Part shown: positions 11,051-23,388 of the stretch, in pieces
Numbering within the stretch: the stretch's first letter is position 1
How the letters are laid out: every line of letters begins with the position of its first letter
Assembly: GCF_001194135.2 (NCBI RefSeq)
Contig: NC_068985.1
Span: 44,770,121 to 44,807,384, forward strand
From: Octopus bimaculoides
Taxonomy: Eukaryota
Direction of reading: 5' to 3'
Length of the DNA stretch: 37,264 bases
Translations under genes and position numbers: made by a program
Notes under the pieces: generated by a model
The model's database searches: none
What the model was told of the DNA's origin: nothing
Seen by the model: the letters and a program-made list of their open reading frames with translations, nothing else

Positions 11051-11389
11051 ATATCTCTGGAGACATGACTATTTCTGACCGCTTGCTATGTACTATTTTT
11101 ACTTATAATAACTACATCATTCCATTTGTCACGTGAGAGGGATGTACCATTATTACTAATTCCCTACAACGATATCACTGAACGGCGATTTGGGCAAATG
11201 TATTCTAATGCACCAAGCAGACCAATGCATTGTGAGTGAATTTAGTACACACAAACCGTGTGGAAGTCCTACGTATATGTATGTATGTATATATGTATGT
11301 GAGTGTATGTATGCATATATGTATGTGAGTGTATGTATGTATGTATGTATGCATGTATGTATGTGTGTATATGTGTATGTGTGTGCGTG

Positions 11390-11585
11390 TCTTTGAGCCT
11401 GTGTTCGTTCTCGCACCGCTCGCCAAGTGGTTTTCGTATTTATGTTTACATCACCGTAAGCTAGTCATTCGGCGTAAGTGACCGATAAAATATGTACCAG
11501 ACTTTAAAAAAATCTACTGGAGACAATTTATACGCCTAAAGCCTGCAAAGTGGTGATCAAGCATGGAGGCAACCCTAGGACTGAG
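11390..11585 (+). mobile_element. Degenerate SINE B 3' half
   Basis: TTTACATCACCGTAAGCTAGTCATTCGGCG..GACCGATAAAATA.GTACCAGACTTT..AAAGTGGTG..CAAGCATGG aligns with the 3' half of family B. Confidence 0.6.
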
Positions 11586-11666
11586 AAAATAAAATGTATA
11601 AGCATAAACAAGAAAATTGCAGAAGAGCTGCGAGATAGTGGTGTCAGACGTGGCATGCAGACCATC

Positions 11667-11790
11667 TTATTTGACAAGATCATTGCATTTTTATTCTTCT
11701 CTTCCGTTTTATTCTGACATGCGCATTGCGTTTTTATTCTTTCCCCTTTTTATTTTGACTTGGGCATTGCATTTTTATATGCTTCTCTTT
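11667..11790. repeat. Short minisatellite, about three units of 41-43 bp
   Basis: CATTGC(A/G)TTTTTAT recurs at 11681, 11724 and 11765. Confidence 0.75.
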
Positions 11791-11899
11791 TGAGGAGCGC
11801 TTTGCCCTCCGGTGGTTGTGAAAAAATATCAGTGAAACATGTTTAGCAATATATCTTTCTACCACACGAGTAATATGCACAAGACAATAGGATAGTCGA

Positions 11900-12075
11900 T
11901 CGGCCGAATAGAATTTGTAACCAAATCTCCCTCAAGATACCATCCTAACGTATTAGAGAAAAGGTCACGTTGTTTAATGGGGACTTAAGTACTTTGTATA
12001 CATGAAAAAGACGAGATGTTTACAATCGGAATGCTTGGACATTGGACCTTGGGCTAACCTGGGTTAAACGATAAC
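11900..12075 (+). mobile_element. Unclassified interspersed repeat (family E), degenerate
   Basis: CG.GATG.T.ACA...GGAATG is shared with the reverse complement of 28395-28520; otherwise from recall of a common octopod repeat. Confidence 0.4.
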
Positions 12076-12195
12076 TCCAACAAAACCAATTACAAGACTT
12101 TCAGAGACAACAACACACAGGTAGAATTCTCAGAGTCATCACAAATGAGAGATCTTGTAATTATCTAGCGCTCTTACATGCCCACCTCACGTATA

Positions 12196-12418
12196 TACAA
12201 GGAGGCGCTGAAAATTTCCTGGCTTTGAGTAAAAGAAAATACAGGAGGTTTATTTAATTATGATTTTATTCATCATATTCCCCTTTTAGATTCACACACT
12301 TATTGCAGTGATCCTTCAATTTTTGTAAGCCTTGTAAACAAATCTCTGACTGTTCGGCCTACAACCAGACCTTTCGCTATACACTTAAAATCAGGAACTT
12401 TTTAGCACCCGCCTCGTA
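12196..12418. mobile_element. Mariner-type MITE (219 bp) with about 30-bp TIRs and TA target-site duplication
   Basis: TA-CAAGGAGGCGCTGAAAATTTCCTGGCTTT ... AAAATCAGGAACTTTTTAGCACCCGCCTCG-TA; no coding capacity. Confidence 0.8.
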
Positions 12419-12856
12419 AGATTGCTAAGCTACATGACATTTTATTCGAGATCCGAATCTTTCAGTGGAGATCAATTCCTGACTTATAAATTGAACCACT
12501 TTAGGTTAGAGCTGCCATATTTGGGACGACATCCATAGAAAGGTTAGCCTGAAATTTGCTTCTTCTACGTTTTAGATTTTTTATCCTCTTTCTCTAATAA
12601 GTAAGCTAATAATCAATTTCCCCTTATCCAATCATCTCGCATCGTGTTGAACTCTTACTATCTCACAAACCTAAATACGTTTCTAGAAACTTTGCTGAAT
12701 TCTTCCTCCTTTGGACTAGAGTCTTCTTTGTTTCCCTCAGTGAATATATTTTTCGTGCAGCCACCAGCTTAGAAACGTTAAACATCATCCACGGTTGATC
12801 TTAACAATTTGGAAGGAATTACAAAAGTCGTTGACACCACTTATTTCTCCTCACAC

Positions 12857-12915
<59 letters not shown>

Positions 12916-13704
12916 TAATAATAATAATAAAAGAATCGTGCTAACTGGAACGACTCATGTACTAAGAAGAGCATTATNNNNNNNNNNNNNNNNNNNNNNN
13001 NNNNNNNNNNNNNNNNNNNNNNNNNNNNNNNNNNNNNNNNNNNNNNNNNNNNNNNNNNNNNNNNNNNNNNNNNNNNNNNNNNNNNNNNNNNNNNNNNNNN
13101 NNNNNNNNNNNNNNNNNNNNNNNNNNNNNNNNNNNNNNNNNNNNNNNNNNNNNNNNNNNNNNNNNNNNNNNNNNNNNNNNNNNNNNNNNNNNNNNNNNNN
13201 NNNNNNNNNNNNNNNNNNNNNNNNNNNNNNNNNNNNNNNNNNNNNNNNNNNNNNNNNNNNNNNNNNNNNNNNNNNNNNNNNNNNNNNNNNNNNNNNNNNN
13301 NNNNNNNNNNNNNNNNNNNNNNNNNNNNNNNNNNNNNNNNNNNNNNNNNNNNNNNNNNNNNNNNNNNNNNNNNNNNNNNNNNNNNNNNNNNNNNNNNNNN
13401 NNNNNNNNNNNNNNNNNNNNNNNNNNNNNNNNNNNNNNNNNNNNNNNNNNNNNNNNNNNNNNNNNNNNNNNNNNNNNNNNNNNNNNNNNNNNNNNNNNNN
13501 NNNNNNNNNNNNNNNNNNNNNNNNNNNNNNNNNNNNNNNNNNNNNNNNNNNNNNNNNNNNNNNNNNNNNNNNNNNNNNNNNNNNNNNNNNNNNNNNNNNN
13601 NNNNNNNNNNNNNNNNNNNNNNNNNNNNNNNNNNNNNNNNNNNNNNNNNNNNNNNNNNNNNNNNNNNNNNNNNNNNNNNNNNNNNNNNNNNNNNNNNNNN
13701 NNNN

Positions 13705-13752
<48 letters not shown>

Positions 13753-13767
13753 CAACAACAACAACAC

Positions 13768-13801
<34 letters not shown>

Positions 13802-13826
13802 AATGATGATGATGATGTTGATGATA

Positions 13827-13876
<50 letters not shown>

Positions 13877-13935
13877 AATGAGGATAATACTGATGATGAT
13901 AACAACAACAACAACAACAACAACAACAGTAATGA
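12857..13935. repeat. (AAT)n/(GAT)n/(CAA)n microsatellite tracts flanking a 727-N gap
   Basis: Read directly; the gap is at 12978-13704. Confidence 0.9.
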
Positions 13936-14197
13936 TAATAGGATGATACAAGCACACATAAACATTGAGATCATACATACATATGTTTTTAAATGAACAC
14001 ACGTAGAAACATTTAGATCATATAGTGATATATGCATACATATATACATACATACATACATACATACATACATAAAAACACATATATACATTAAAAAACC
14101 AGGAGAGGAGGAAAGAAAAGTGGAGTGAGGGCTAACAAACTCTTTTTCGCATATCCACTTTTTCCCTCTCTTTTTGTGATGTTTTCCCTTCCAGAAT

Positions 14198-14230
<33 letters not shown>

Positions 14231-14439
14231 TAACGTCTTTTTTGCTCCTCAAAAGTATTGCATGAGATGGCACAAAACGGATTTTATCATTAGTCAATCT
14301 TGACACGACTGCATCTGTCAAAACTGATAGATACAGCCTGTTTACTGGTGGACAGTTATTAAGGGACGCCATTTTACCATTGTCTTGTTTGGGTTAACTG
14401 GAGATCTTTCGCTAAAAGCTTTTGGTCATAGACGTGCTC

Positions 14440-14703
14440 TCACACAGACACACGCACACACACACATACACAGGCACACACATACACATACACGCACCCG
14501 CACACGCACATACACACACACTCACATACACACACACATACACACACACACGCGTATACACATACAGACGCACAGACATATACGTATATGTGCATGTTTG
14601 GAAGTATTTGCACATACAAACAGTTTTCATATATGTATGCATGTGTGTCTGTATGTAGGTATGTATATATATATATATATATGTGTGTGTATGTGTGTGT
14701 ATA

Positions 14704-14793
<90 letters not shown>

Positions 14794-14989
14794 TGTAACT
14801 ACATATAGATATATAAATATATATATAGATACTTATCTACACACACACACATATATATGCGCGCGTGTGTGTGTGTATGTGTGTGTGTATGTGTGTGTGT
14901 GCGTATATCGAAAAGTATCTATCTACACACACACACACACATATATGCATATACATACATGAGTGTCCTTCGTTTGTCTACTCACTCGC

Positions 14990-15084
<95 letters not shown>

Positions 15085-15300
15085 GACAGAAAGACGGATG
15101 GATTAGTAAATAAACTGATATAGATACCAATATAGATTAAGCTAGGACTACTCACACATGCACATACGCGAGCTCACGCGCACATACGCGAGCTCACACG
15201 GACACGCACACATACAAACACACACGCACATACAAACACACACGAACACACACACACGCACATACAAACATACACGAATACACACACACGCACCCACGTA
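14440..15300. repeat. Mixed (CA)n/(TA)n/(TG)n dinucleotide field
   Basis: Read directly. Confidence 0.93.
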
Positions 15301-15544
15301 TGCACAAATTATTAGAATTGCTCGTAGTAAACTAGGCACACCCACGACCCAAATTGGAACCAGAGATATTAACATTCACCAACTGAAGGTTGGAAATGAA
15401 CTAAAAGGAGACACCTTCCACTGTGCTTTGATGCAAACACAAAACCACAAACATGGACACTTTCACTCGCATATATGTATATGTTGTACAAATCATTAAA
15501 AAAAAAAAACAAAAAAAAGAAAGTGCAAATGGACAATGCACCTT

Positions 15545-15606
15545 CCTCTTGTTGTTGTTGCTGTAGCAGCAGTAATATAATTATTGTTATCATTTATTAT
15601 TGTTCA

Positions 15607-15658
<52 letters not shown>

Positions 15659-15763
15659 GCTGTTGTTGTTGTTGTTGTTGTTGTTTTTGTCGTTGTTGTT
15701 GTTGTTGTTCTTCTTCTTCTTCTTCTTCTTCTTCTTCTTCTTCTTCTTCTTCTTCTTCTTCTT

Positions 15764-15830
<67 letters not shown>

Positions 15831-15850
15831 GTAGTAGTAGTAGTAGTAGT
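15545..15850. repeat. Compound microsatellite (ATT)n-(GTT)n-(CTT)n-(ATT)n-(AGT)n
   Basis: Read directly. Confidence 0.97.
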
Positions 15851-15853
15851 TGT

Positions 15854-16066
15854 GGCCGGCAAGCTGGCAGAATCTTTAGCACGCTGGACAACATGCTTAG
15901 CGGCATTTCGTCCGTCCTTATGTTCTGAGTTCAAATTCCGACGAGGCCGACTTTGCCTTCCATCCCTTTCATGGTTGATAAATTGAGTACCAGTTGAGCA
16001 CTGGGGTCGATGTATTCGACCCACTCCTCCCCTGAAATTTCAGCCCTTGTGCATTTACTGGGAAGG

Positions 16067-16135
<69 letters not shown>
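15854..16135 (+). mobile_element. SINE family A with (ATT)n tail
   Basis: AGCTGGCAGAATC A-box, GAGTTCAAATTCC B-box, CCCTTGTGC..GGAAGGATTATT tail. Confidence 0.9.
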
Positions 16136-16159
16136 GTTGTTGTTGTTGTTACTAGTTAA

Positions 16160-16380
16160 GGCAGCGAGCTGGCAGAATGATTAGCGCGCCGGCCGAAATT
16201 CTTAGCGTTATTTTGCCCATCGCTACGAGCTGAGTTCAAATTCCGCCTAGGCTGACTTCTCTTTCATTCTTTAGAGGTCGATAAAATAAGTACCAGTTGA
16301 ACACTAGGGTTGATGTAATAGACTCATCCCCTCCACCACAATTGTTGCCCTTGTGGCAAAATTCGAAACCATTATTATAA
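16160..16380 (+). mobile_element. SINE family A (GAAACC-type tail)
   Basis: GGCAGCGAGCTGGCAGAA head, B-box, CTTGTGGCAAAATTCGAAACCATTATT tail. Confidence 0.9.
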
Positions 16381-17137
16381 TTAGTAGTAGGAGCAGCAGC
16401 AGCTGTAGTAGTAGTAGTAGTAGTAGTTGTAGCAGTAGCAGTAGCAGTAGTAGTATGAGTAGGAGTGTGTATGTATGTATGCATCGCGATAAGCGTTAGG
16501 TGAAGCGCTCATAGTGTTGCTTTCATCCTGGGTGTATATATAAAAATTGAAAGATTCAGAGTAGGAAGACAAATATTTACTACTACTACTACTACTGCTG
16601 CTGCTGCTACTGCTACTACTACTACTACTACTACTGCAGATGCTGCTGTTGCTGCTGTTATTACTACTACTAAGAATAATTATAACTTCTTAGTTTTTTT
16701 AATATACATAAAGATACACGCGTTGAAGAAAGAAGCACGACACACACCTACACACACAAATATATATATATATATATACACACATACACATGTATTCTGA
16801 CTTCCCAAGCACACGTATAAACACACACACACATATATATGTATAAATATAATTAATCCCCAAAAACGAAAAAAACAAAAACAAACAAACTTAGCAAGAA
16901 AAAGAAAAAAAACAACAACGTGAGGATGTGTTACATGGAAAGTATATATATATATATATATATAGGATAGGTGTTGTATGACCAGAATATTTAACCTCTA
17001 CGCAATCTAATAGTTTCCAAACCACCTCAAGACAGACATGGTGTGAAACCCCAAAAAGTTCTCAATAAAGTAAAATAGATAAATTTATTACGTGCAGTGC
17101 GTTCATAATCTTCAATCAATGTTTATAATTATATTTA

Positions 17138-17185
<48 letters not shown>

Positions 17186-17677
17186 CATGTACATTATATT
17201 ATACTATTTACACAGACACATATATAATATGTATCCTTATATGCATGAAAAGTGATAAAGGCATATATAAATATGTACATATATAAGTAAACATGCATGC
17301 TTACACAAGTATATATTTTTATTCAGATACATACATGAAGTGTCATTATGTATTCGTAAGTTGTCATCTACAAATCTAGTCAAACTGGGTAAAAGATATG
17401 GTTTAAACTTCTAGAGTGATTACGTTTGATTAAAATAATGCCAGAGAGAGAAAGAGAGAGCGAGAGGGAGAAAGAGAGAGAAAGAGAGAGGGAGAAAGAT
17501 AGAGAAAGAGAGAGAGAAAGAAAGAGAGAGAGAGAGAGTGAGTGAGAGAATTGGGTGAGAGGTGGGAGAGAAAGAAAGAGAGAGTAGTGGTTTACAGGAG
17601 AGAGATCGGTAGAGGTAGAAATAGCTACTGCTCAACATGTATACATTCATATATACCGACACACACCAACACACACC

Positions 17678-17717
<40 letters not shown>

Positions 17718-19115
17718 CACACACACACACGCGCACACACACACACATAAATACATATATATATGCATACATATACATATATATATATATACATACATAT
17801 ATATACACATATATACATATATATATATATATTCATATATATGCACAATAGATATATACTTANNNNNNNNNNNNNNNNNNNNNNNNNNNNNNNNNNNNNN
17901 NNNNNNNNNNNNNNNNNNNNNNNNNNNNNNNNNNNNNNNNNNNNNNNNNNNNNNNNNNNNNNNNNNNNNNNNNNNNNNNNNNNNNNNNNNNNNNNNNNNN
18001 NNNNNNNNNNNNNNNNNNNNNNNNNNNNNNNNNNNNNNNNNNNNNNNNNNNNNNNNNNNNNNNNNNNNNNNNNNNNNNNNNNNNNNNNNNNNNNNNNNNN
18101 NNNNNNNNNNNNNNNNNNNNNNNNNNNNNNNNNNNNNNNNNATATATATATATATATATATATATATACATGCCAAATTCAAATGGCTCCGAGGAGCCTA
18201 TAGAATGTTGCATAAGCACTCAGACCTGAGTGCAACGCTTCTCATAACAGGAACAGCTGTCGGCTAATGAAATTGATTACATAACTCTGTTTCTTTTGTC
18301 ATTCATTCTTGGACATATATATATATACATGCATCCGTGCATATGTGTGTATGTATATGTATATATGTGTGTGCTTGTGTGTATATGTATATGTGCATAA
18401 TACAGCTGTTAAATATTGATTTTGTGTTTAGTTGGGTATTTTTCCTTCATAAAAACGCAATATTAGGACACCTACACACATCAACTCGACCCCGCCTAGA
18501 AAAAACACATCTCCGATGAATACGCTCATTTAAATAGGCATGCACACACACATATGCATGTACACACACACACACGCACACACACACACACACACGGACA
18601 CACACAGAGATATATACTCTGATATACATTTATACACTCAATCTTGCGCAAGCATAAAATCTACGTGCGGGAGTAATACAATAAATAACTGTCACTCATT
18701 AACTTTCACCAGATATAAACGATAATTGTTTAGTCAGAGCGTCAAAGTTCTATCAGCTGATCTTCGCTACGGTACCTCCTTTAGTACCCCTGACGCGAGA
18801 AAAAACTGTTTCCTACTTCTTGCAAAGTGAACGCGATAGGTGACCTTAATGGTCTCGAAGGAGAATTTCATCCATCAGAAACCGGTGAACATTGAACGAA
18901 TGTGAGAATGAGTATCTAATCGTTCTGCTGCAGACGTTATAATGCTTGAAGTCTTTATTCCATCTGGTAGGATTTGAGATGCCCAGAGTAATTCTCAGAA
19001 TAACCTTGCCACAAGTATTTACTGGGCTGAAGTGTAGTTTGTCAACTGACCACATTCCTGTATTACGCTGCACAGTGGTAAGGGTTTGGGCTTCAATATT
19101 GGTGGAAGGCCCAAA

Positions 19116-19331
19116 GTGGTAAGCTAGCAGAAACGTTATCACGCCGGGCAAAATGCAGCATTTCGTTCTTCTTTACGTTCTGAGTTCAAATTCCGCCGAG
19201 GTCGACGGTGCCTTTCTTTCCCCAGCGGATCGGTAAAACAAGTATCGGTTGAGCACTGGGCTTGATTTAATTGACCAGTCTCCCACCGCCCCGAAGTTGC
19301 TGAGTTTGTGCCCAAACTTGAAAGCGATATT
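19116..19331 (+). mobile_element. SINE family A
   Basis: AAGCTAGCAGAAACGTT head and GAGTTCAAATTCCGCCGAGGTCGAC; possible 18-bp target-site duplication ATATTGGT..AAGGCCCA at 19096-19113 and 19327-19344 (2 mismatches). Confidence 0.88.
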
Positions 19332-19569
19332 GGTACAAGGCCCACACATTTTGCTTCCCCAAGGGATTTTCCTAAACATCCATGCTTGTTTTTAGACATT
19401 AAGTTAGCCCTGGTTTCATAGATTCTGAATAATATAGAGCCTTCCTTTCATAAGCTCCAAGTCACTGTAGGGACTGAAAAAAAAAAAAAGAGGATAGTGT
19501 CCTATATGTTGCCCGGTCGCCAGTGAAATATTCCTGTCAAGCACTTGCACTATACAGGACTATCAGACA

Positions 19570-19672
19570 GTTAATCCTGGATGGATGTCAAGTAAAATCG
19601 ATCTTGTTGGGATTTGAACTAAGAACTTAAATTGTATAATACGTTTCGTCTACCGCTCTACACATTCTGCCT
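19570..19672 (-). mobile_element. Degenerate SINE A fragment
   Basis: GGATGGATG..AAAATCGA..GGGATTTGAACTAAGAAC..ACATTCTGCC resembles the reverse complement of family A. Confidence 0.5.
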
Positions 19673-20038
19673 CCTAATTATTTATATCTTAAGAAACGTT
19701 ACAACCAAACTGGCTAAACCAAAGCGGTAGATTAACAATCGATAAAATACAAGAAAATGAAGTAGCAAAGCAAAATTAAAGTAAAAAAATGTAAAAAGGC
19801 TGATATAAAAAGAAACCAACAGAAGGAAAAGGAAACAAAAATAGTAACTTGTACGACATTGAGGACAAGGACAGAAAAGAAGGACAAGTGTGACAAAAGT
19901 AACAAAGAATGTATAAATTTAATATATGTTTAATTCACGATTGTGTCACTGTAGATTCACCAGCGTTTGAGTAAGAGACGTAATTTTGTGTGAGAGAACC
20001 GAGACGCCATTCAAAAGTCAGCTTAGGTATCAGATAAC

Positions 20039-20113
<75 letters not shown>

Positions 20114-20511
20114 ATACACACACACGCACATACACATACGCACTTTCATAGATGGTAAGCTCATCCTAAGCTGTAGTAAAGTATTTCTACACCCTTTGAT
20201 CTCGACTAAGTTGATATATTAAATTACTGGCCAGTCAATCGTCCAATAAAGTACTGCTTAATTTGACACCGCGACGATCATCAATTTTGACATCGTAAAT
20301 AAAATGCATTAAAGCCAGATTTCTTTAAGTAAACTTAATCTGTCTTTCTGTGTTTCGTCTGTATCTATACATATATGTATATACATAAACACGTACGTAT
20401 GCATACATGTATATGTGTCTGTACATATATGCGAGTGTGTATGTGTGTGTGTTTGTGTGTGCTTTCATATATATATATATGCATGTTTGTGTCGCATGTT
20501 TGTATGTATGC

Positions 20512-20555
<44 letters not shown>

Positions 20556-20740
20556 ATGAAGAAAAGTATGGATGCGAGCACGAATGTACATATGTATGTA
20601 TAATCTCTATATGTATATCTGTTTGTATGTAAGCATGTTTATATGTACGAGTGCATAGACATAAGGCTATACGTATGTATCTATAAATCTGAGATTTTAT
20701 GCAAGTGCGCATGTATATCAGCCTGCGTGTGCCTATATGA

Positions 20741-20957
20741 ATAATCTTTTCTACTCTTGGCACAAGGCCTGAAATTTTTGGGGAGGTGGCCAGTCGATTA
20801 GATCGACGCCAGTACGCAACTGATACTTAATTCATCGTCTCCGAAAGGATGAAAGGCAAAATCAACATCGGCGGATTTTGAACTCAGAACGTAAAGACAG
20901 ACGAAATACCGCTAAGTATTTCGTGGGGTGTGTTAACGTTTCTGCCAGCTCGCCGCC
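20741..20957 (-). mobile_element. SINE family A, full length
   Basis: The reverse complement starts GGCGGCGAGCTGGCAGAAACGTT; B-box present; CCTTGTGCCAAGAGTAGAAAAGATTAT tail; closely matches 3008-3367. Confidence 0.92.
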
Positions 20958-22066
20958 TTATGTCTATATAAATAATCCAACATGTATGTATGTATGCTTG
21001 TACATGTATACATGTATGTATGGATGCGCACATGTATAAATGTATTTAAAGATGGCTCTCATTGCATGTGCAAACCTGCAGCTATTAGCTTATATATGCG
21101 AATGTATCTATACACTCCACCTCTTCCCTGTCTTCCTCTCACGCACGCACACACACACACACACACGACTACAAGTTCTAACGGTTAAATGCCGATCAAA
21201 GGCGATACTCGCAAAATAAAATATATATGAAGACATATTAGGTATATAGCTGACTATTTCTTTTATAGCTCACGAAACACCTGCTTCTGGAAATCCGGAA
21301 AAAATAATCCGGAATCGTCATTTATATTATTAATGTCCCTCTATTGGATACACTTATACATTTAAACAGCACGCACAAACACACGAATAAATGTATTAGT
21401 GTTAATTACTTAATGTTTTCGCTTTTATCTTACCGTTTTATATACATGAAAATACACATACATACATACGTACATACATATATATNNNNNNNNNNNNNNN
21501 NNNNNNNNNNNNNNNNNNNNNNNNNNNNNNNNNNNNNNNNNNNNNNNNNNNNNNNNNNNNNNNNNNNNNNNNNNNNNNNNNNNNNNNNNNNNNNNNNNNN
21601 NNNNNNNNNNNNNNNNNNNNNNNNNNNNNNNNNNNNNNNNNNNNNNNNNNNNNNNNNNNNNNNNNNNNNNNNNNNNNNNNNNNNNNNNNNNNNNNNNNNN
21701 NNNNNNNNNNNNNNNNNNNNNNNNNNNNNNNNNNNNNNNNNNNNNNNNNNNNNNNNNNNNNNNNNNNNNNNNNNNNNNNNNNNNNNNNNNNNNNNNNNNN
21801 NNNNNNNNNNNNNNNNNNNNNNNNNNNNNNNNNNNNNNNNNNNNNNNNNNNNNNNNNNNNNNNNNNNNNNNNNNNNNNNNNNNNNNNNNNNNNNNNNNNN
21901 NNNNNNNNNNNNNNNNNNNNNNNNNNNNNNNNNNNNNNNNNNNNNNNNNNNNNNNNNNNNNNNNNNNNNNNNNNNNNNNNNNNNNNNNNNNNNNNNNNNN
22001 NNNNNNNNNNNNNNNNNNNNNNNNNNNNNNNNNNNNNNNNNNNNNNNNNNNNNNNNNNNNNNNNNN

Positions 22067-22182
22067 GTGAAGGGTACACGTGCCTTTGGAGTGCTCACCC
22101 ATTTGCACGTTAATTTCGCGAAGAAGCTGCTCTGTTGATCGTATCAGCTGGGACTTTTGTCGGCGTAACCGACGGAGTGCTC
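22067..22182 (+). mobile_element. Probable 3' half of SINE family C (5' part lost in the N-gap)
   Basis: AAGGGTACACGTG..GGAGTGCTCA.CCA.TTGCACGTTAATTTC..GTAACCGACGGAGTGC; the family assignment is from recall, not from overlap within this window. Confidence 0.55.
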
Positions 22183-22218
22183 TTTATATATATATATATA
22201 TACACACACATACACACA

Positions 22219-22705
22219 TACAGGGTGCGTAAGATATTTAAAAACACGTTTATGTTTATAAAAAAAAAGACAGATATATCATAACAGATAATAACTTTAT
22301 CAAAAAATGCTATGGCGATAAAAATAAACCCCCTTTTCTATAATGTTATTCAATAAAGCCACCTTCAGCTGCAACAACTGCTTCTATATGAGATCCTAAT
22401 TATCTACATGCTCGAATCAAGTGGTCCTGGTTCATTTTGGACATTACTCTGACTATGGCTGCTTTCAAAGAATCCTTGGTGTTATGGGTGTGTTCATTGA
22501 CCCCTCTCTCTATAACGCTCCACATGTAATACCTGGGGAATTAGGAGGCCAAATGTTAGGGATTATTTTCAGCCATCTATTCCTGTTTTACTAGAGCCAT
22601 GTGTGATAGTGCAGAGTCTTACTGAAACACATATGACCTTCCATTGCATACACTGTCTATCCAGGGCTTAACAATTATTGCTAGGACCTCAATATAGGCA
22701 GCAGA
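22219..22705 (-). mobile_element. Tc1/mariner (maT/DD37D-like) transposon 3' fragment
   Basis: TA-CAGGGTG terminus; the minus strand reads YIEVLAIIVKPWIDSVCNGRSYVFQ*DSA.SHMA, WPPNSP (22534-22551), and WSVIERGVNEHTHNTKDSLKAAI...HIEAVVAAEGGFIE*. Confidence 0.85.
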
Positions 22706-22843
22706 GTTAACTTTTGTACTTTTTCGTGACGGAAAATACACCTTTTGTGGCAGTTATAACGAAATTGCTTTCTTATATCAGAGTAATAAGGCGTTTCAAT
22801 AGAACATCTTTACCCCTGGGAATTACCGGGTACACCAGCTAGT
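22706..22843 (+). mobile_element. Helitron-like 3' end
   Basis: Ends with a degenerate GC hairpin (CCCCTGGGAATTACCGGG), a spacer and CTAG-T (22839-22843). Confidence 0.5.
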
Positions 22844-22896
22844 ATATATATATATATATATAAAATTGAGAATGTGCGTCTCTCTGCCTCTGTGTG

Positions 22897-22931
<35 letters not shown>

Positions 22932-23097
22932 CTGTCTGTGTGAATCCCTAAAACTCGACAACTACACAACCGATTTCATTAAAAATTTACACATGACTTA
23001 CTTAGGGTTCATGCAATGTAATGGGCCAAAGCAATTTCCAGCTTCCTGCCTAATTTGAGCCCGGAACAATCTCTTATCTCTTACACTATTTCAGTAC
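22844..23097 (+). mobile_element. Non-autonomous Helitron-like 5' end with internal TG/TCTG microsatellite
   Basis: (TA)nTAAAA start, microsatellite, then AACCGATTTCATTAAAATTT, the layout known from Lep1-type microsatellite-carrying Helitrons. Confidence 0.55.
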
Positions 23098-23098
23098 T

Positions 23099-23337
23099 GG
23101 AGACGTAGTGGTCCAATGGTTAGGGCATCGGACTCGCAGTCGTAGGATGGCGGTTACGATTCCCAGACCGGACGTTGTGAGTATTTATTGAGCGAAAACA
23201 CCTAAAGCTCCCCGAAGCTCCAGCAGGGAGTGGTGGCGAATCCTGCTGTACTTTTCTCCCTGTTTCTGCTGTACCTGTATTTCGAAGGGCCAGCTTTGTC
23301 ACACTTTGTGTCACACTGAATCTCCCCGAGAACTACA
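23099..23337 (+). mobile_element. tRNA-derived SINE family C, 5' part
   Basis: A-box TGGTCCAATGG and B-box-like GGTTACGATTCCC within a tRNA-like head, followed by a non-tRNA body. Confidence 0.8.
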
Positions 23338-23357
23338 GTACACATATATATATATTC

Positions 23358-23388
<31 letters not shown>

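Noticed and set aside
19060-19125. PDZ-like ITLHSGKGLGFNIGGRP with apparent CAG acceptor and GTAAGC donor
   Set aside because: The donor is part of the SINE A head, the motif overlaps the putative target-site duplication, the reconstructed pre-insertion sequence shows no further PDZ similarity, and the opposite strand looks weakly LINE-like.
23099-23175. tRNA gene candidates (also 36245-36315 and the heads of families A and B)
   Set aside because: There is no complete cloverleaf or acceptor stem and no oligo-T terminator; each continues into a SINE body.
22067-23337. Apparent circular permutation of SINE C (3' half upstream of the 5' half)
   Set aside because: The 3' half abuts an N-gap that can hide its own head, so two independent copies is the simpler explanation.
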